Shown one piece after another: positions 19,835-29,952 of a DNA stretch of 64,000 bases. The notes under the pieces were generated by a model. That model worked only from the letters and a program-made list of their open reading frames with translations. It searched no databases and had not been told where the DNA came from. Source of the DNA: Pseudomonadota bacterium (GTDB lineage: Bacteria; Myxococcota; JACRCW01; JAFGSX01); the NCBI GenBank assembly GCA_043821645.1, contig JBDRCO010000023.1, positions 1-64,000 of the forward strand. The letters run 5' to 3'. Position numbers and translations under genes: made by a program. Every line of letters starts with the position of its first letter. The stretch's first letter is position 1.

Positions 19835-20314
19835 ATGGCCTGGCCGATCGACATCATCACCGACCTGGGTCCCGACACCTTTGGCGAGATCTTCGCCATC
19901 AACCCGCGCGGGGTGCGCGAGGCTCTCTTCAACAAGCTGGGCATCAAGGCACAGACCCGCAAGATCGGGCTCAGCGTGGGCAACAAGAACCATGAGCGCG
20001 TGCGCGCGCTTTATGAACGTCTGCTCGGCGAGAAGGGCAAGGTCGAGCGCGAGCTGGCTGGCGAGCTGCTGCGCAACTGGTTGTTCACCCAGCGCCCCAT
20101 GCTGGTCGACACCATGGACCACTTCGGCGTCAAGCATGACAACGGCCTGACCGAGCAGGAGATCGACTTCTTCGAGTCGCTCGAGAAGGACAAGGTCGAG
20201 GAGCTGTGCAAGCTGCTGGTACCCAAGCACGGCAAGCAGGCCGTCAGCGTGTACCTGCGCTACCTCAAGGTCCCTGGTGCGGTCGAGATCCTGGCCACCG
20301 TGCCCGACGCCTGA
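19835..20314 (+). CDS. hypothetical helical protein
   Basis: Strong GC3 bias; NWLFTQRPMLVDTMDHFGVKHDNG motif; function unknown. Confidence 0.75.
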   Translation: MAWPIDIITDLGPDTFGEIFAINPRGVREALFNKLGIKAQTRKIGLSVGNKNHERVRALYERLLGEKGKVERELAGELLRNWLFTQRPMLVDTMDHFGVKHDNGLTEQEIDFFESLEKDKVEELCKLLVPKHGKQAVSVYLRYLKVPGAVEILATVPDA

Positions 20315-20319
20315 ATGGC

Positions 20320-20540
20320 GCCAGGGGTGAATTCCGGCGAGGTCCCCTCGACGGAAGAGGGGGCGTGCCGAACGCCCCACCGGTCGCCAGGGGCCAATCT
20401 CAGCTGCTGCCAGGGGTGAATGCGTCGGGACCTGCGCCCGACGCAGAGGGGGCGTGCCGAACGCCCCCTTGACTGTGCTGCCAGGGGTGAATGCGTCGGG
20501 ACCCGCGCCCGACGCAGAGGGGGCGTGCCGAACGCCCCCT
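20320..20540. repeat. three tandem ~60-bp double-hairpin REP-like units between convergent genes
   Basis: Units start at 20320, 20409 and 20480: GCCAGGGGTGAA-[25-nt hairpin]-GAGGGGGCGTGCCGAACGCCCC. Confidence 0.9.
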
Positions 20541-20547
20541 AGATAGG

Positions 20548-21837
20548 CTAAAAGCGCTCGATCTGAAAATCGTCGTCGTCACTCTTGGCGGGCTGCGCAG
20601 GTGCCGCAGCGGGCACGGGCCTCGGAGCCGCGGACGGCGGTGCCGAGGCCGGGGGACGAGCCGGGGTATAGGGTGCGTGCGGCCCACTGGCCGGGCTCGG
20701 GGCTTGCTGAGGTACGGGGGAGTTGGCGCCCGGGGCCTCGAAGTTGTCCCACTTGCCATCGCTGGTGGCGCTGATGCCCGAAACACGCAGTGCGAAGTCG
20801 TCCGGATTGGAGGCGTTGCGCAGGGCCTCATCGTAGGTGACCAGCCCCTGCTGCAGCAGACCCATCAACGACTGATCGAAGCTCTGCATGCCGTACTGGG
20901 TGAAGCCCTGGTTGATGGCGTCGGGGATCTCCTTGGTGCGATCCTTGTCCTCGACCATCTCTCGCACTCGCGCCGTGGCCAGCATGATCTCGACCGCGGC
21001 CACGCGTCCACGACCGTCCGCTCGGGGAAGCAGGCGCTGCGAGATCACTGCCTTGAGGATGGAACCAAGCTGCAAACGCACCTGCTTCTGCTGGTAGGGC
21101 GGGAAGGCCGAGATGATGCGGTTGATGGTCTCGGTGGCATCGAGGGTGTGCAGGGTTGAAAGCACCAGGTGACCGGTCTCGGCCGCGGTGAGCGCGATCT
21201 CGATGGTCTCGAGGTCACGCATCTCGCCCACCAGGATCACATCGGGGTCCTCGCGCAGGGCGCTGCGCAGCGCCCGGGCGAAGCTCACCGTGTCCACACC
21301 CACCTCGCGTTGATTCACGATCGAGCGCTTGTCGCGGATCAGAAACTCGATCGGATCCTCGACGGTGATGATGTGGCAGGTCCGGTTGGCGTTGATGTGG
21401 TCAATCATCGCCGCCAGCGAGGTGGACTTGCCGGAACCTGTGGTGCCTGTGACCAGGATCAGACCACGCTGCTCCATACAGATGCGCTCGAGGGTGCGCG
21501 GCAGGTTGAGCTGCTGCACCGACTGCACCTTGATGGGGATGACGCGCAGGACCACGCCCACGGTGCCGCGCTGGTGGAACACGTTGACGCGGAACCGTCC
21601 GAGCCCGGGCACGCCATAGGCCAGATCGATCTCGTTCTCGGCCCTGAACAGTTCTTTCTGGTGGGCGTTCATGATGGACAAGGCCATGCGTGACACTTCC
21701 TCGGGAGGGAGGCGCGGGGCGTCACGCAGGGGAACCAGCGAGCCGTCCACCCGAAACATCGGCGGCAAGCCGGCCTTCAGGTGGATGTCCGAGGCTCCGC
21801 CTCGAAGTGCAATCGAGAGGATGTCGTTGAGCTCCAT
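20548..21837 (-). CDS. pilT: PilT/PilU family type IV pilus retraction ATPase
   Basis: GASDIHL, GTTGSGKST, TVEDPIE, ALREDPDVILVGEMRD, TGHLVLSTLHT; Pro/Ala-rich tail; paralog identity uncertain. Confidence 0.9.
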   Translation of the reverse strand: MELNDILSIALRGGASDIHLKAGLPPMFRVDGSLVPLRDAPRLPPEEVSRMALSIMNAHQKELFRAENEIDLAYGVPGLGRFRVNVFHQRGTVGVVLRVIPIKVQSVQQLNLPRTLERICMEQRGLILVTGTTGSGKSTSLAAMIDHINANRTCHIITVEDPIEFLIRDKRSIVNQREVGVDTVSFARALRSALREDPDVILVGEMRDLETIEIALTAAETGHLVLSTLHTLDATETINRIISAFPPYQQKQVRLQLGSILKAVISQRLLPRADGRGRVAAVEIMLATARVREMVEDKDRTKEIPDAINQGFTQYGMQSFDQSLMGLLQQGLVTYDEALRNASNPDDFALRVSGISATSDGKWDNFEAPGANSPVPQQAPSPASGPHAPYTPARPPASAPPSAAPRPVPAAAPAQPAKSDDDDFQIERF

Positions 21838-22002
21838 CGCAGGGTCCTTAGCGGCAGCATGCGCCGAAACGGGGAGTGTAACATGGACCGTGGGCGCCGT
21901 CTCCACAGCGACGGCGGCGGAGAGACCCGAGAATTCACCCGCTCGGTGGACAGGATGGACTCTTCAGCGCCGCGAGGTGCTGGTCCCGTGACCTCGGGTC
22001 GT

Positions 22003-23061
22003 TCACTTGCCCAGGATCATCTTCCACAGGTCACCGATGCTGACCACGACCATGAGCCCGATGAGGAGCAAGAATCCGACCCCGTGAAAGACCAGCTGAA
22101 AGCGAACAGGCACGGCACGCCTGGCCACCACCTCGACGCCAAGGAGCAGCAGCTTGCTTCCGTCGAGGGCCGGGATGGGGAGCAGGTTGAGCAGGCCAAA
22201 CATCACCGTCAGGCCAGCGAGCAGCCACACGAAATCCAGAAAGCCTCGCTCGGCACTCCTCTTGAGCTGACGCACGATCTCGGGCGGTCCCCCCAGCTCG
22301 ACCTGTGACGGCGCCGTGAAGATGCGCCCCAGGGCTGCCAGGATGGCTGTGCTGTTGGCCCAGGTGGTCTTGAGGCTGGCCCCAAGGGCATCGACCAGAC
22401 CGATATCGACCTTGGTCCTGTTGATCTTCTCGCCATAGCGAATGCCGAGCAGACCCTTGTCGGTGGGTTCGGGTGGTAGCACCACCTGCAGCGCCATGAG
22501 TTCACCACCGCGGTCCAGCTTGAGCACCACGCTCTGACCCCGGTGTTCGTCGATGTACCGACCGAAATCGTCCGTGCTCTCCGGCCTGAAGTCGTCGAGC
22601 ATGCCTATGTCATCGCCCGCCTGCAGACCCGCCGCCGCCGCCGCCGAGCCCTCGACCACCTCGGCGACCTGAAACACCCGCTCCTGGCCTGTCTGGCCGA
22701 TGTAGAAGAAGGCAAAGTAGCCGAGGATCCCAAGCAGGTAGCTGAACAGCGGTCCGCCGAAGATCACCGCGGCGCGCGCCCAGTGCGGTCGCCTCTGGTA
22801 GCTGCGCGGGTCCTCCTCGGCTCCCTCTTCGGCCGGGTTCATGCCGAACACGTGGACGTATCCGCCCAGGGGCACGGCGCACAAGGTGTACTCGATCGCG
22901 TTGCGGGTCCAGCGGAGCAGCGGCGGACCGAAGCCCACCGAGAAGCGAATCACCCTCATTCCTGTGAGGCGCGCGAACAGGTAGTGACCCCATTCATGGA
23001 CCGCGATGAGCAGGCCCAGCGCCAGAATACCGAGCACGATGTTGAGCGCGGAGAGTGTCAT
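22003..23061 (-). CDS. rseP: RIP metalloprotease RseP (M50, one PDZ domain)
   Basis: HEWGH, FSVGFGP, PLGGYV, PDZ (SAAAAAGLQAGD), NLLPIPALDG. Confidence 0.92.
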   Translation of the reverse strand: MTLSALNIVLGILALGLLIAVHEWGHYLFARLTGMRVIRFSVGFGPPLLRWTRNAIEYTLCAVPLGGYVHVFGMNPAEEGAEEDPRSYQRRPHWARAAVIFGGPLFSYLLGILGYFAFFYIGQTGQERVFQVAEVVEGSAAAAAGLQAGDDIGMLDDFRPESTDDFGRYIDEHRGQSVVLKLDRGGELMALQVVLPPEPTDKGLLGIRYGEKINRTKVDIGLVDALGASLKTTWANSTAILAALGRIFTAPSQVELGGPPEIVRQLKRSAERGFLDFVWLLAGLTVMFGLLNLLPIPALDGSKLLLLGVEVVARRAVPVRFQLVFHGVGFLLLIGLMVVVSIGDLWKMILGK

Positions 23062-23132
23062 GGCCGGGCAGTATAGCCTCGCGCGCCGTTGGCGGCCACG
23101 GTAGGATTGGACTTTTGAGGGGAGCTGTCGTC

Positions 23133-23459
23133 GTGGCACGCATCGATCTGTACCTGGACAACCTGGAGCGCCATGGCGCGCAGGCACTGATCCTGGGGAC
23201 CGACCAGCCTGTTCAACTCATCGTCGATGGCGAGGTCAGACGACTGCGAAAATCCTGTGCCAGCGACGAGATCCTCACCCTGGTTCACGAGATCATGGAC
23301 GCCACGGTCCGGCACCAGTTCGTGGTCGATGGCAATGCCCGCTTCGCCTACCGGCACCCGACCGCCGGACCGGTCAGCATCGAGGTCACACGGAGTGCGG
23401 CAGGACTCCGGTGCGAGATCCAGCGCTCCCGGGGACGGCGCGAGGCCTTCGAGAGCTGA
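23133..23459 (+). CDS. stand-alone PilT N-terminal-domain-like protein
   Basis: MARIDLYLDNLERHGAQALIL...QPVQLIVDGEVRRL...RFAY resembles the PilT N-domain; GAGGGGAG RBS; no ATPase motifs. Confidence 0.65.
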   Translation: MARIDLYLDNLERHGAQALILGTDQPVQLIVDGEVRRLRKSCASDEILTLVHEIMDATVRHQFVVDGNARFAYRHPTAGPVSIEVTRSAAGLRCEIQRSRGRREAFES

Positions 23460-23464
23460 GCCCG

Positions 23465-24220
23465 TCAACCCCCGTCCTCGACGCAGACGCGGCGCAGCAG
23501 GTCAGGCTGCATGACGTCGAGGAACGTCCTGGCTAGGTTCGCATGCCCCAGGTCGTTGGGGTGGCCATCCGCGGTGGACCATTCGGGATGCGCGGCTGTG
23601 TCATCGAACACGGGCACCAGCACCAGGTTGGGGATAGGGGCCAGCACCTGTTCCACGATCTCGTTCTTGGCCGCGATCATGTCCGCCTCTGCCACGTCGT
23701 AGCACTCGCCGGTGGAGGTGGGGACAGGGCCACAGATCCAGGCTGGATCGATCCGGACATCGCCAAAGTAGACACGTGCGCCGTCGTCAGCCAGGGGCTG
23801 CACGACCTGCCGCCAGGCTTCGGCCATGATCGTTCCATCGCTCGAGGCGTAGTCGGTGAAAGCCAGGATCACCACCACATCCGGCTGCGCCGCCCGCGCC
23901 TGCTCGGCCAGCGCGCCCACCACCTGGACGGCACGCTGACCACCGGCGCCGAGGTTCAGCAGCGTCGGAGCATCGAGTGTGTTGGCCACGATGTTGACGA
24001 AGCGGTGGGCCTCGTCGCTGGCCCCGGCTCCAGCCACCGTGGAGGAGCCTAGTGCGACCAGGACCTGGACCTCCCGTGACGAGTGCGTGCAGGCATCTTC
24101 GGCTGATGCCGCGTCCCGGCGGGCAGGGCCAGCGTCTCCAGGCTGCGCCGAGATCGAGCAGCCCACCGCGGAGAGTGCCGCCGTCCACAACCCCAAGGAC
24201 CTGCGAAAGCGCCGTCGCAT
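23465..24220 (-). CDS. SGNH/GDSL hydrolase, probable lipoprotein
   Basis: VALGSST block I, NLGAGG block II, DGHPN block V; AVGC lipobox-like. Confidence 0.8.
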   Translation of the reverse strand: MRRRFRRSLGLWTAALSAVGCSISAQPGDAGPARRDAASAEDACTHSSREVQVLVALGSSTVAGAGASDEAHRFVNIVANTLDAPTLLNLGAGGQRAVQVVGALAEQARAAQPDVVVILAFTDYASSDGTIMAEAWRQVVQPLADDGARVYFGDVRIDPAWICGPVPTSTGECYDVAEADMIAAKNEIVEQVLAPIPNLVLVPVFDDTAAHPEWSTADGHPNDLGHANLARTFLDVMQPDLLRRVCVEDGG

Positions 24221-24305
24221 GCTACTCCCTGGATCCCAGCATAGCGGATGGCAACCCGGGCACGCGCGCTTTGACAGGCCAGACGCCTTCGGACAGAGTT
24301 GCAGC

Positions 24306-26591
24306 GTGAATTCTGTCGACGACAGGTCCAAGTCCGCACCGCCCGAGGTCCAGCGCTTCGGCCGCTACGAGATCCTGCAGCGGCTGGCCACCGGCGGCAT
24401 GGCCGAGATCCTGCTCGCGCGCTCGGCCGCACTCAACGGCCTGACCCGCACCTGTGTCCTCAAGCGTATCCTCCCCAGCTACTCGGCCGATCCCATGTTC
24501 GTGAACATGTTCATCGACGAGGCGCGCATCACCATACAGCTCAAGAATGCCAACATCGTGCGCCTGCACGAGTTCGGACAGCATGAAGGCGCCTACTACA
24601 TCGCCATGGAGTACGTCGACGGCACGGACCTGGCCGCGGTCATGGACGGGCTGAGCGCGCGGGGCGAGAGTCTGTCCCCCCCGCTGGTGGCCTACCTGGC
24701 TCACGAGGTCTTGCAGGGCCTGTCCTACGCCCACACGCGCGTCGACAGCCAGGGACAGTCCCTTCGCATCGTGCACCGCGACATCAGCCCCCACAACGTC
24801 CTCATCAGCCGGGCCGGCGAGGTCAAGATCACGGATTTTGGAATCGCTGCCGCACGCAACAAGCTCAGCGCCACCGTCCCCGGGACAGTCATGGGCAAGT
24901 CCCCGTACATGGCACCGGAGCAGGCCGCCGCCGAGCCCGTGGATGCCCGGGCGGACCTGTGGGCCGCGGGGGTCATCATCCACGAGCTCCTTACAAGCCG
25001 CCGACTGTTCGTGGCCGAGGGCGTGGTGGCCACCATCTACAAGGTGCTCAACGAGTCCATCCCCACCCCCAGCACCCTGGCCCCGGACGTGCCGGAAGCC
25101 CTGGACCGCATCACCATGCGAGCCCTGCAGCGTTCGCTGGCCGAGCGCTACGACAGCGCCCTGTCGATGGTCCGGGATCTGGAGCCACTCTGCGGCGACG
25201 TGGCCGCGCGTCGGCAGGAACTGGCCGAGCTGATCACGGATCTCGAGTGGAACGGTGCCACGGCCCCATTGCGCCCAAGTCTGGTCCAGCGGCCACCCCT
25301 GAGCGAGAGCGAGGCCACCCGCGCCGCACCGCTTGACCTCATCGATGACGAAGGGCTGCAGCATGCTCTGAGTCGCCTGCGCAAGCGCCCCTCGGTATGG
25401 AAGCTGGTCCAGCTCGGTGAACATCTGGCGGCCCTGGACCAGCGCGAGCTGGCACTGTCCGCACACCGGACGGCCGCAGCAGTGTTCGCACATCAGGGCC
25501 TGCTGGTGCAGGCCCTCGGCGCCTACGAGGGCGCGCGCGCCCTGCTGTCAAAGAGCGAGGTGCAGCGCGACCTGATAGCCATGGCGGAGCTCGAGCCGGG
25601 GTCCATCGAGGAGCTGCGTGCCTTGTTGACCCACGTCGACGAGGCCGGACTGTGGGCACTGGTGGCGCCCCTGTTCGCGGACGGTCTGGCGCCGGAACTC
25701 CGCACCGAATCCCTGCGCATCGCGCCGACCCCGCTGCTGGGAGACCTGGCTCCTCTCGAGTTTGCGGAACTGGCCATGCTGGTCAAGGTCCAGCAGGTCG
25801 AGGCGGGTACCCGGGTCCTGAGCGAAGGTGACCACAGTGACACGCTGCTCGCGGTGGCTCATGGTCGGCTGGTCGTCTACTGCCGGCCCTCCGTCGACGT
25901 GCAGGACGCCCTGAGCGCGCACCCGAATTTCGACCCCAGCATCGATCGCGTCTACGTCGGCGCTCTCGCGGATGGAGACTTCTTCGGCGAGTTCAGCTTC
26001 TTGACCCACCGGCCCCGCAGCGCCACGGTCGAGACCATCACGTCCTGCATCGTCCTCGAACTCGATCGCGACGCGGTGGCCAAGGTGCTGGAGCGCGACC
26101 CCGACAAGCGCGATCCCCTGCTGCGCTTTTACAAGGAACGCGTGGTCGAACTGCTGATGGCCAAGAGCCCGCTGTTCAGCATGCTCAGCAGCGACGAGCG
26201 GCGACAGGTCCTCGACGCCGCGACCCTGATCGATGTTGCCGATGGAACCCGGGTCGTCGAGCAGGGCGCGCGCAACGACGCGTTCTATTACATCAAGAGC
26301 GGAGAGCTTGAGGTCTACACCACGGACGGCTCGGGCCTGCCCATTTTCATCAACAAGCTGGTGACCGGCCAGTTCTTCGGCGAGATCGCGGCCCTGCATG
26401 GGGTGCCGCGAACCGTGAGCGTCCGCAGCATGGGCGAGGCCGCCCTGCTGTGCATACGCAGCAACGAGCTGCGCGAGGTGCTCGCTCGCCGCCCGCGCTT
26501 GCGCGAGCTCTTCGAGTCCGTGATCGCCACCCGCCAGGCTCAGACCGAGACCAAGGTGGCAGAGCTGCAGCAGCTCCTCGGCTTCACCTGA
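24306..26591 (+). CDS. Ser/Thr protein kinase with two C-terminal cNMP-binding domains
   Basis: LATGGMAEI, HRDISPHN, DFG, YMAPEQ; GDFFGE...PRSATV and GQFFGE...PRTVSV. Confidence 0.92.
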   Translation: MNSVDDRSKSAPPEVQRFGRYEILQRLATGGMAEILLARSAALNGLTRTCVLKRILPSYSADPMFVNMFIDEARITIQLKNANIVRLHEFGQHEGAYYIAMEYVDGTDLAAVMDGLSARGESLSPPLVAYLAHEVLQGLSYAHTRVDSQGQSLRIVHRDISPHNVLISRAGEVKITDFGIAAARNKLSATVPGTVMGKSPYMAPEQAAAEPVDARADLWAAGVIIHELLTSRRLFVAEGVVATIYKVLNESIPTPSTLAPDVPEALDRITMRALQRSLAERYDSALSMVRDLEPLCGDVAARRQELAELITDLEWNGATAPLRPSLVQRPPLSESEATRAAPLDLIDDEGLQHALSRLRKRPSVWKLVQLGEHLAALDQRELALSAHRTAAAVFAHQGLLVQALGAYEGARALLSKSEVQRDLIAMAELEPGSIEELRALLTHVDEAGLWALVAPLFADGLAPELRTESLRIAPTPLLGDLAPLEFAELAMLVKVQQVEAGTRVLSEGDHSDTLLAVAHGRLVVYCRPSVDVQDALSAHPNFDPSIDRVYVGALADGDFFGEFSFLTHRPRSATVETITSCIVLELDRDAVAKVLERDPDKRDPLLRFYKERVVELLMAKSPLFSMLSSDERRQVLDAATLIDVADGTRVVEQGARNDAFYYIKSGELEVYTTDGSGLPIFINKLVTGQFFGEIAALHGVPRTVSVRSMGEAALLCIRSNELREVLARRPRLRELFESVIATRQAQTETKVAELQQLLGFT

Positions 26592-26592
26592 C

Positions 26593-27906
26593 GTGGCATC
26601 GCGCATCCAGCTTGTTGGTCCCGACGCGAAGGTCGACGTGCAGCACGTGCTCGATCATGTGCACTTCATGTGTCATCCGGAGCAGCAGGGGCGTCTTGCC
26701 GGGAGCGCAGGAGAGCAGCGCACGGTCGACGATCTGTGCGCGCGCCTCGAGAGGATTCCCACCCCCCTCGCGGTGACCGTCGAACCCCTCACCGTTCAGG
26801 TTCCGCTGCTCGATGCCATGCCGCGGTGCTGCATCGATCCTCTCGGCCGCCGACACGAGCTCGCACTGCTGCAGGACTTCGGTGTGGCCGTGCAGGGTGC
26901 CACCGCCGCAGGCCATGTTCGCGGCCCCACCCGGTGGCTCGGTCATGAGCTTGCGAGGGTGGTGCCGGAGTCCGCCCGCGGCCACATCCTGGTGTGCTGG
27001 GGGCAGGCCTCCTCCCCGCTCACCACCGAGGCGAGCTTCGAACACTACCTTGCGCAGCTCCGTACCGCTCGAGACGGCGGTGCTCTGGCGCTGCTCCGCG
27101 TGCTCGATCGTGTCGAACCCCGCAAGCTCATGCTGCACCGTCGCGAGGTCCCGGGTCTCCCGGTGCTGGAGATCCTTCCCTCCGTGGCTCGCGGTCTGTT
27201 CGAGAATTTTCCACAGGTCACACCCGACACCGTGGGTTCCGTCGTCGAGCTCGTGGTGCCGCTCCGTGTCGAGGAGCGCCGGAGTGCCGGCAACGTGATC
27301 GCCCAGGTCGGTGAGGGTCCACCGCGCCTGATCGTGTGTGCCCATCACGACGGCCTCGGGAGCCTGCCAGATGGCCGCATCTACCCTGGCGCCGTGGACA
27401 ACGCTTGCGCAGTAGCCATCTTGCTCGAGGCGCTGCGGAGCCTGGTGGACCTCTCCCGGCACCAGGATTCGTGGTGTGCGATCTTCACCGCCGCCGAGGA
27501 GCCAGGCCTGTTCGGAGCAGAAGCCCTGGCCAGGAACCACGCTGGCTGGTGGCACAGGGATCCCGTCGTGCTCGTACTCGACGAGCTGGGTGGACATCCG
27601 GGGGACCCTGTTCTCCTGCTCGCCAGCGAGGGCCTGCGCCAGGACCTGGAGCGCGTGCCACCCCAGAGACAGGGCCCCGACCTGCAGAGAGGACCGCTCC
27701 CGGCGCTCGCCTTCGCCGACCATCTTCCCCTGCTTCGTCGCGGCCTGCGTCGAGTCGGTATCGCCACCGCACCTGCTCGCGGTGACGACGTGATCCACAC
27801 GCTTCGAGACACACCCGACCGTGTCGACGCCGCTCGTCTTGGAGAACTCGTCCACGGCCTCCGTGCCCTGGTACGGTGCGTGGTCAGCTTCGACGTCACA
27901 GCCTGA
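26593..27906 (+). CDS. M28 family peptidase
   Basis: CAHHDGLG, GAVDNACAVA, AEEPGLFG, DH, IHT..DTPD. Confidence 0.8.
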   Translation: MASRIQLVGPDAKVDVQHVLDHVHFMCHPEQQGRLAGSAGEQRTVDDLCARLERIPTPLAVTVEPLTVQVPLLDAMPRCCIDPLGRRHELALLQDFGVAVQGATAAGHVRGPTRWLGHELARVVPESARGHILVCWGQASSPLTTEASFEHYLAQLRTARDGGALALLRVLDRVEPRKLMLHRREVPGLPVLEILPSVARGLFENFPQVTPDTVGSVVELVVPLRVEERRSAGNVIAQVGEGPPRLIVCAHHDGLGSLPDGRIYPGAVDNACAVAILLEALRSLVDLSRHQDSWCAIFTAAEEPGLFGAEALARNHAGWWHRDPVVLVLDELGGHPGDPVLLLASEGLRQDLERVPPQRQGPDLQRGPLPALAFADHLPLLRRGLRRVGIATAPARGDDVIHTLRDTPDRVDAARLGELVHGLRALVRCVVSFDVTA

Positions 27907-27964
27907 GAGTACGCGCACATTCCGCTTGCACGGCATCCCACACGTCGGCACTGTGCGCCGCATC

Positions 27965-28864
27965 GTGAGCAGCGTCGTCCTCAGCGGTGAGTTTTACGCC
28001 TTCACCTGCGCCAGCCTGTGGGCCGTCGCCATCGTGCTGTTTCGCAAGAGCGGCGAGACGGTGCCGCCTCTCGCCCTCAACCTTTTCAAGAACACGATCG
28101 GGCTTGTTCTGCTCGTCGTGACCATGCTGGCGGTCGGAACGTCCTTCGCGCCCCCTGATATGTCCGTGCTGGACTGGGTGACCTTGCTCGGAAGCGGCCT
28201 GGTTGGCATTGCGGTGGCCGACACCATGCTGTTCGCCAGCCTCAACCGGCTCGGCGCCGGCGGCTCCGCGGTGGTCGACTGCCTGTACAGCCCTCTGGTC
28301 ATCCTGTGCGCCGTGGTCTACCTGGGCGAGCCCTTGAACCCGGTCCTGATCGCATCCATGGCACTGATCAGCGGTGCCATCGTCGTCGGAACCTGGGGCC
28401 CTCAGGCCGCCCTGCCCCAGACCAGCCGGCGCGCGCGCATTGAAGGAATCGTGCTGGGGGCAGCCTCGATGCTCCTCATGGCGATGGGTATCGTCGCGGC
28501 CAAACCCGTGCTCGAGCGGGCCGACGTGTGGTGGGCCACCGCAGTGCGCCTGACGGGCGCTCTGCCGTTGTTGCTGGTTCTTGGCGCGCTACCTCGGCAC
28601 CGGGCTCACGTGCTCCGGGCCTTCACCCCTGGTCGGCACTGGCGCGTCCTGATGCCCTCTGCGGTGATCGGGGCCTACCTCGCCATGGTGCTGTGGATCC
28701 TTGGCTTCAAGCTCACCAGCGCCGGCGTCGCGGGGCTGCTCAACCAGACCAGCACAATCACAGTTCTGGTCCTCGCCACGCTGTTCCTGCATGAACCCCT
28801 GACCTGGCGCAAGGCAGTGGCCATCGGTATGGGTTTTGGTGGCGCGGTCCTGGTGGTGCTCTGA
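27965..28864 (+). CDS. EamA/DMT family transporter
   Basis: About 10 TM helices in two EamA repeats (LGEPL, LHEPL). Confidence 0.88.
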   Translation: MSSVVLSGEFYAFTCASLWAVAIVLFRKSGETVPPLALNLFKNTIGLVLLVVTMLAVGTSFAPPDMSVLDWVTLLGSGLVGIAVADTMLFASLNRLGAGGSAVVDCLYSPLVILCAVVYLGEPLNPVLIASMALISGAIVVGTWGPQAALPQTSRRARIEGIVLGAASMLLMAMGIVAAKPVLERADVWWATAVRLTGALPLLLVLGALPRHRAHVLRAFTPGRHWRVLMPSAVIGAYLAMVLWILGFKLTSAGVAGLLNQTSTITVLVLATLFLHEPLTWRKAVAIGMGFGGAVLVVL

Positions 28865-29013
28865 CCCCCTGAAACGAGCGAGCCCGACCAACAGGCAGGT
28901 TTTTTCTCGCGGCGAGCAGTGGTACGGTGGACCGGCGGGGGCCGCCGAGCGTCCGGGAGTTGCAGCCGCTGCGCAACGCAGGCTGTCTGAACCGGTCTGG
29001 AGTTCACGAGAAC

Positions 29014-29946
29014 ATGTCGACTACCCCCTTTGACCCAACGACGATGTCCGACAACGAGTCGTTCAAGGGTTCGTTCACCGACATGGCCCTGTCTCAGGTC
29101 GGAGCGCGGCTGCATTCCGCCAAGGCGAGCGGCGTGCTTCGCACCTTCGACCCTGCCGGCTACAACTGCCTGTTCCTGCGCGAGGGACACCCTGTCGGCG
29201 TCACGCTGGTCAACGATGTCGCGCCCCTGGGCCTCGTGCTCATGGAGTTCGGTTTCCTGGATCGCGAGGGATACGACCAGGCCGAGCAGCACGTGGTGTA
29301 CTTGCAACGCGTGGCCGAGGAGGTGTATCGAGAACTCGGGGTGCTCACGCCCGAACGCGAGCCGCAGGTGGCCCAGGTTCAGGGCTTGCGCCGGGTGGGC
29401 GGCTTCATCAACACATGCAGCGGCGACTTCGAGTTCGTCGGTGGCCTCGGCGCACTGGTGGGTTTCTCCTCCGTGGTGCTGCCCATCGATGTGCTGGTGG
29501 TGAACGCTCTGCTGCGGGACTTCGGCCTGGCCGAACGCGAAGCCTACCTGCAGAACTTTGGCACCCGCCAGGTCTGTGCCACCGCCGGACTGGTCGAACC
29601 CCTGGCGCTGTACAACCTGGGGCCCAACGAGGAGCAGTTCATCGGCCAGCTCGGTGAATGGGTCGGTGTGGACCAGCTCGAGAAGTGGAAGGTCATCCCG
29701 CGCCCGCAGATCAGCCTGATGCTGCGCGCCCTGGATCTGTTGGGGCGCCTCGACGTGAGGCTCAAGCCCGAGCTCTCCAACCCACGGATCCGCCTGTCCG
29801 AGCTGACGGACAGACCCCCGGACATGACGCCCCAGATGGGCTGGAAGGATCCGCGCTCGGTGAGGAGCAACCGCAGCGAGGAGGAAGAACCCTCGGTGGT
29901 GGTGGATCTCAAGGCTCTGGGTATCACCGACGACGGCGAGGGCTGA
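29014..29946 (+). CDS. DUF4388-like domain protein
   Basis: KGSFTDMAL...SGVL...LFLREGHPV...PLGLVLMEFG...GDFEF pattern of myxobacterial DUF4388 domains. Confidence 0.55.
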   Translation: MSTTPFDPTTMSDNESFKGSFTDMALSQVGARLHSAKASGVLRTFDPAGYNCLFLREGHPVGVTLVNDVAPLGLVLMEFGFLDREGYDQAEQHVVYLQRVAEEVYRELGVLTPEREPQVAQVQGLRRVGGFINTCSGDFEFVGGLGALVGFSSVVLPIDVLVVNALLRDFGLAEREAYLQNFGTRQVCATAGLVEPLALYNLGPNEEQFIGQLGEWVGVDQLEKWKVIPRPQISLMLRALDLLGRLDVRLKPELSNPRIRLSELTDRPPDMTPQMGWKDPRSVRSNRSEEEEPSVVVDLKALGITDDGEG

Positions 29947-29952
29947 TCCCAT

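Noticed and set aside
20320-20540. CRISPR array
   Set aside because: Only three units, two with nearly identical self-complementary 'spacers', irregular period and no cas genes; fits REP-like elements better
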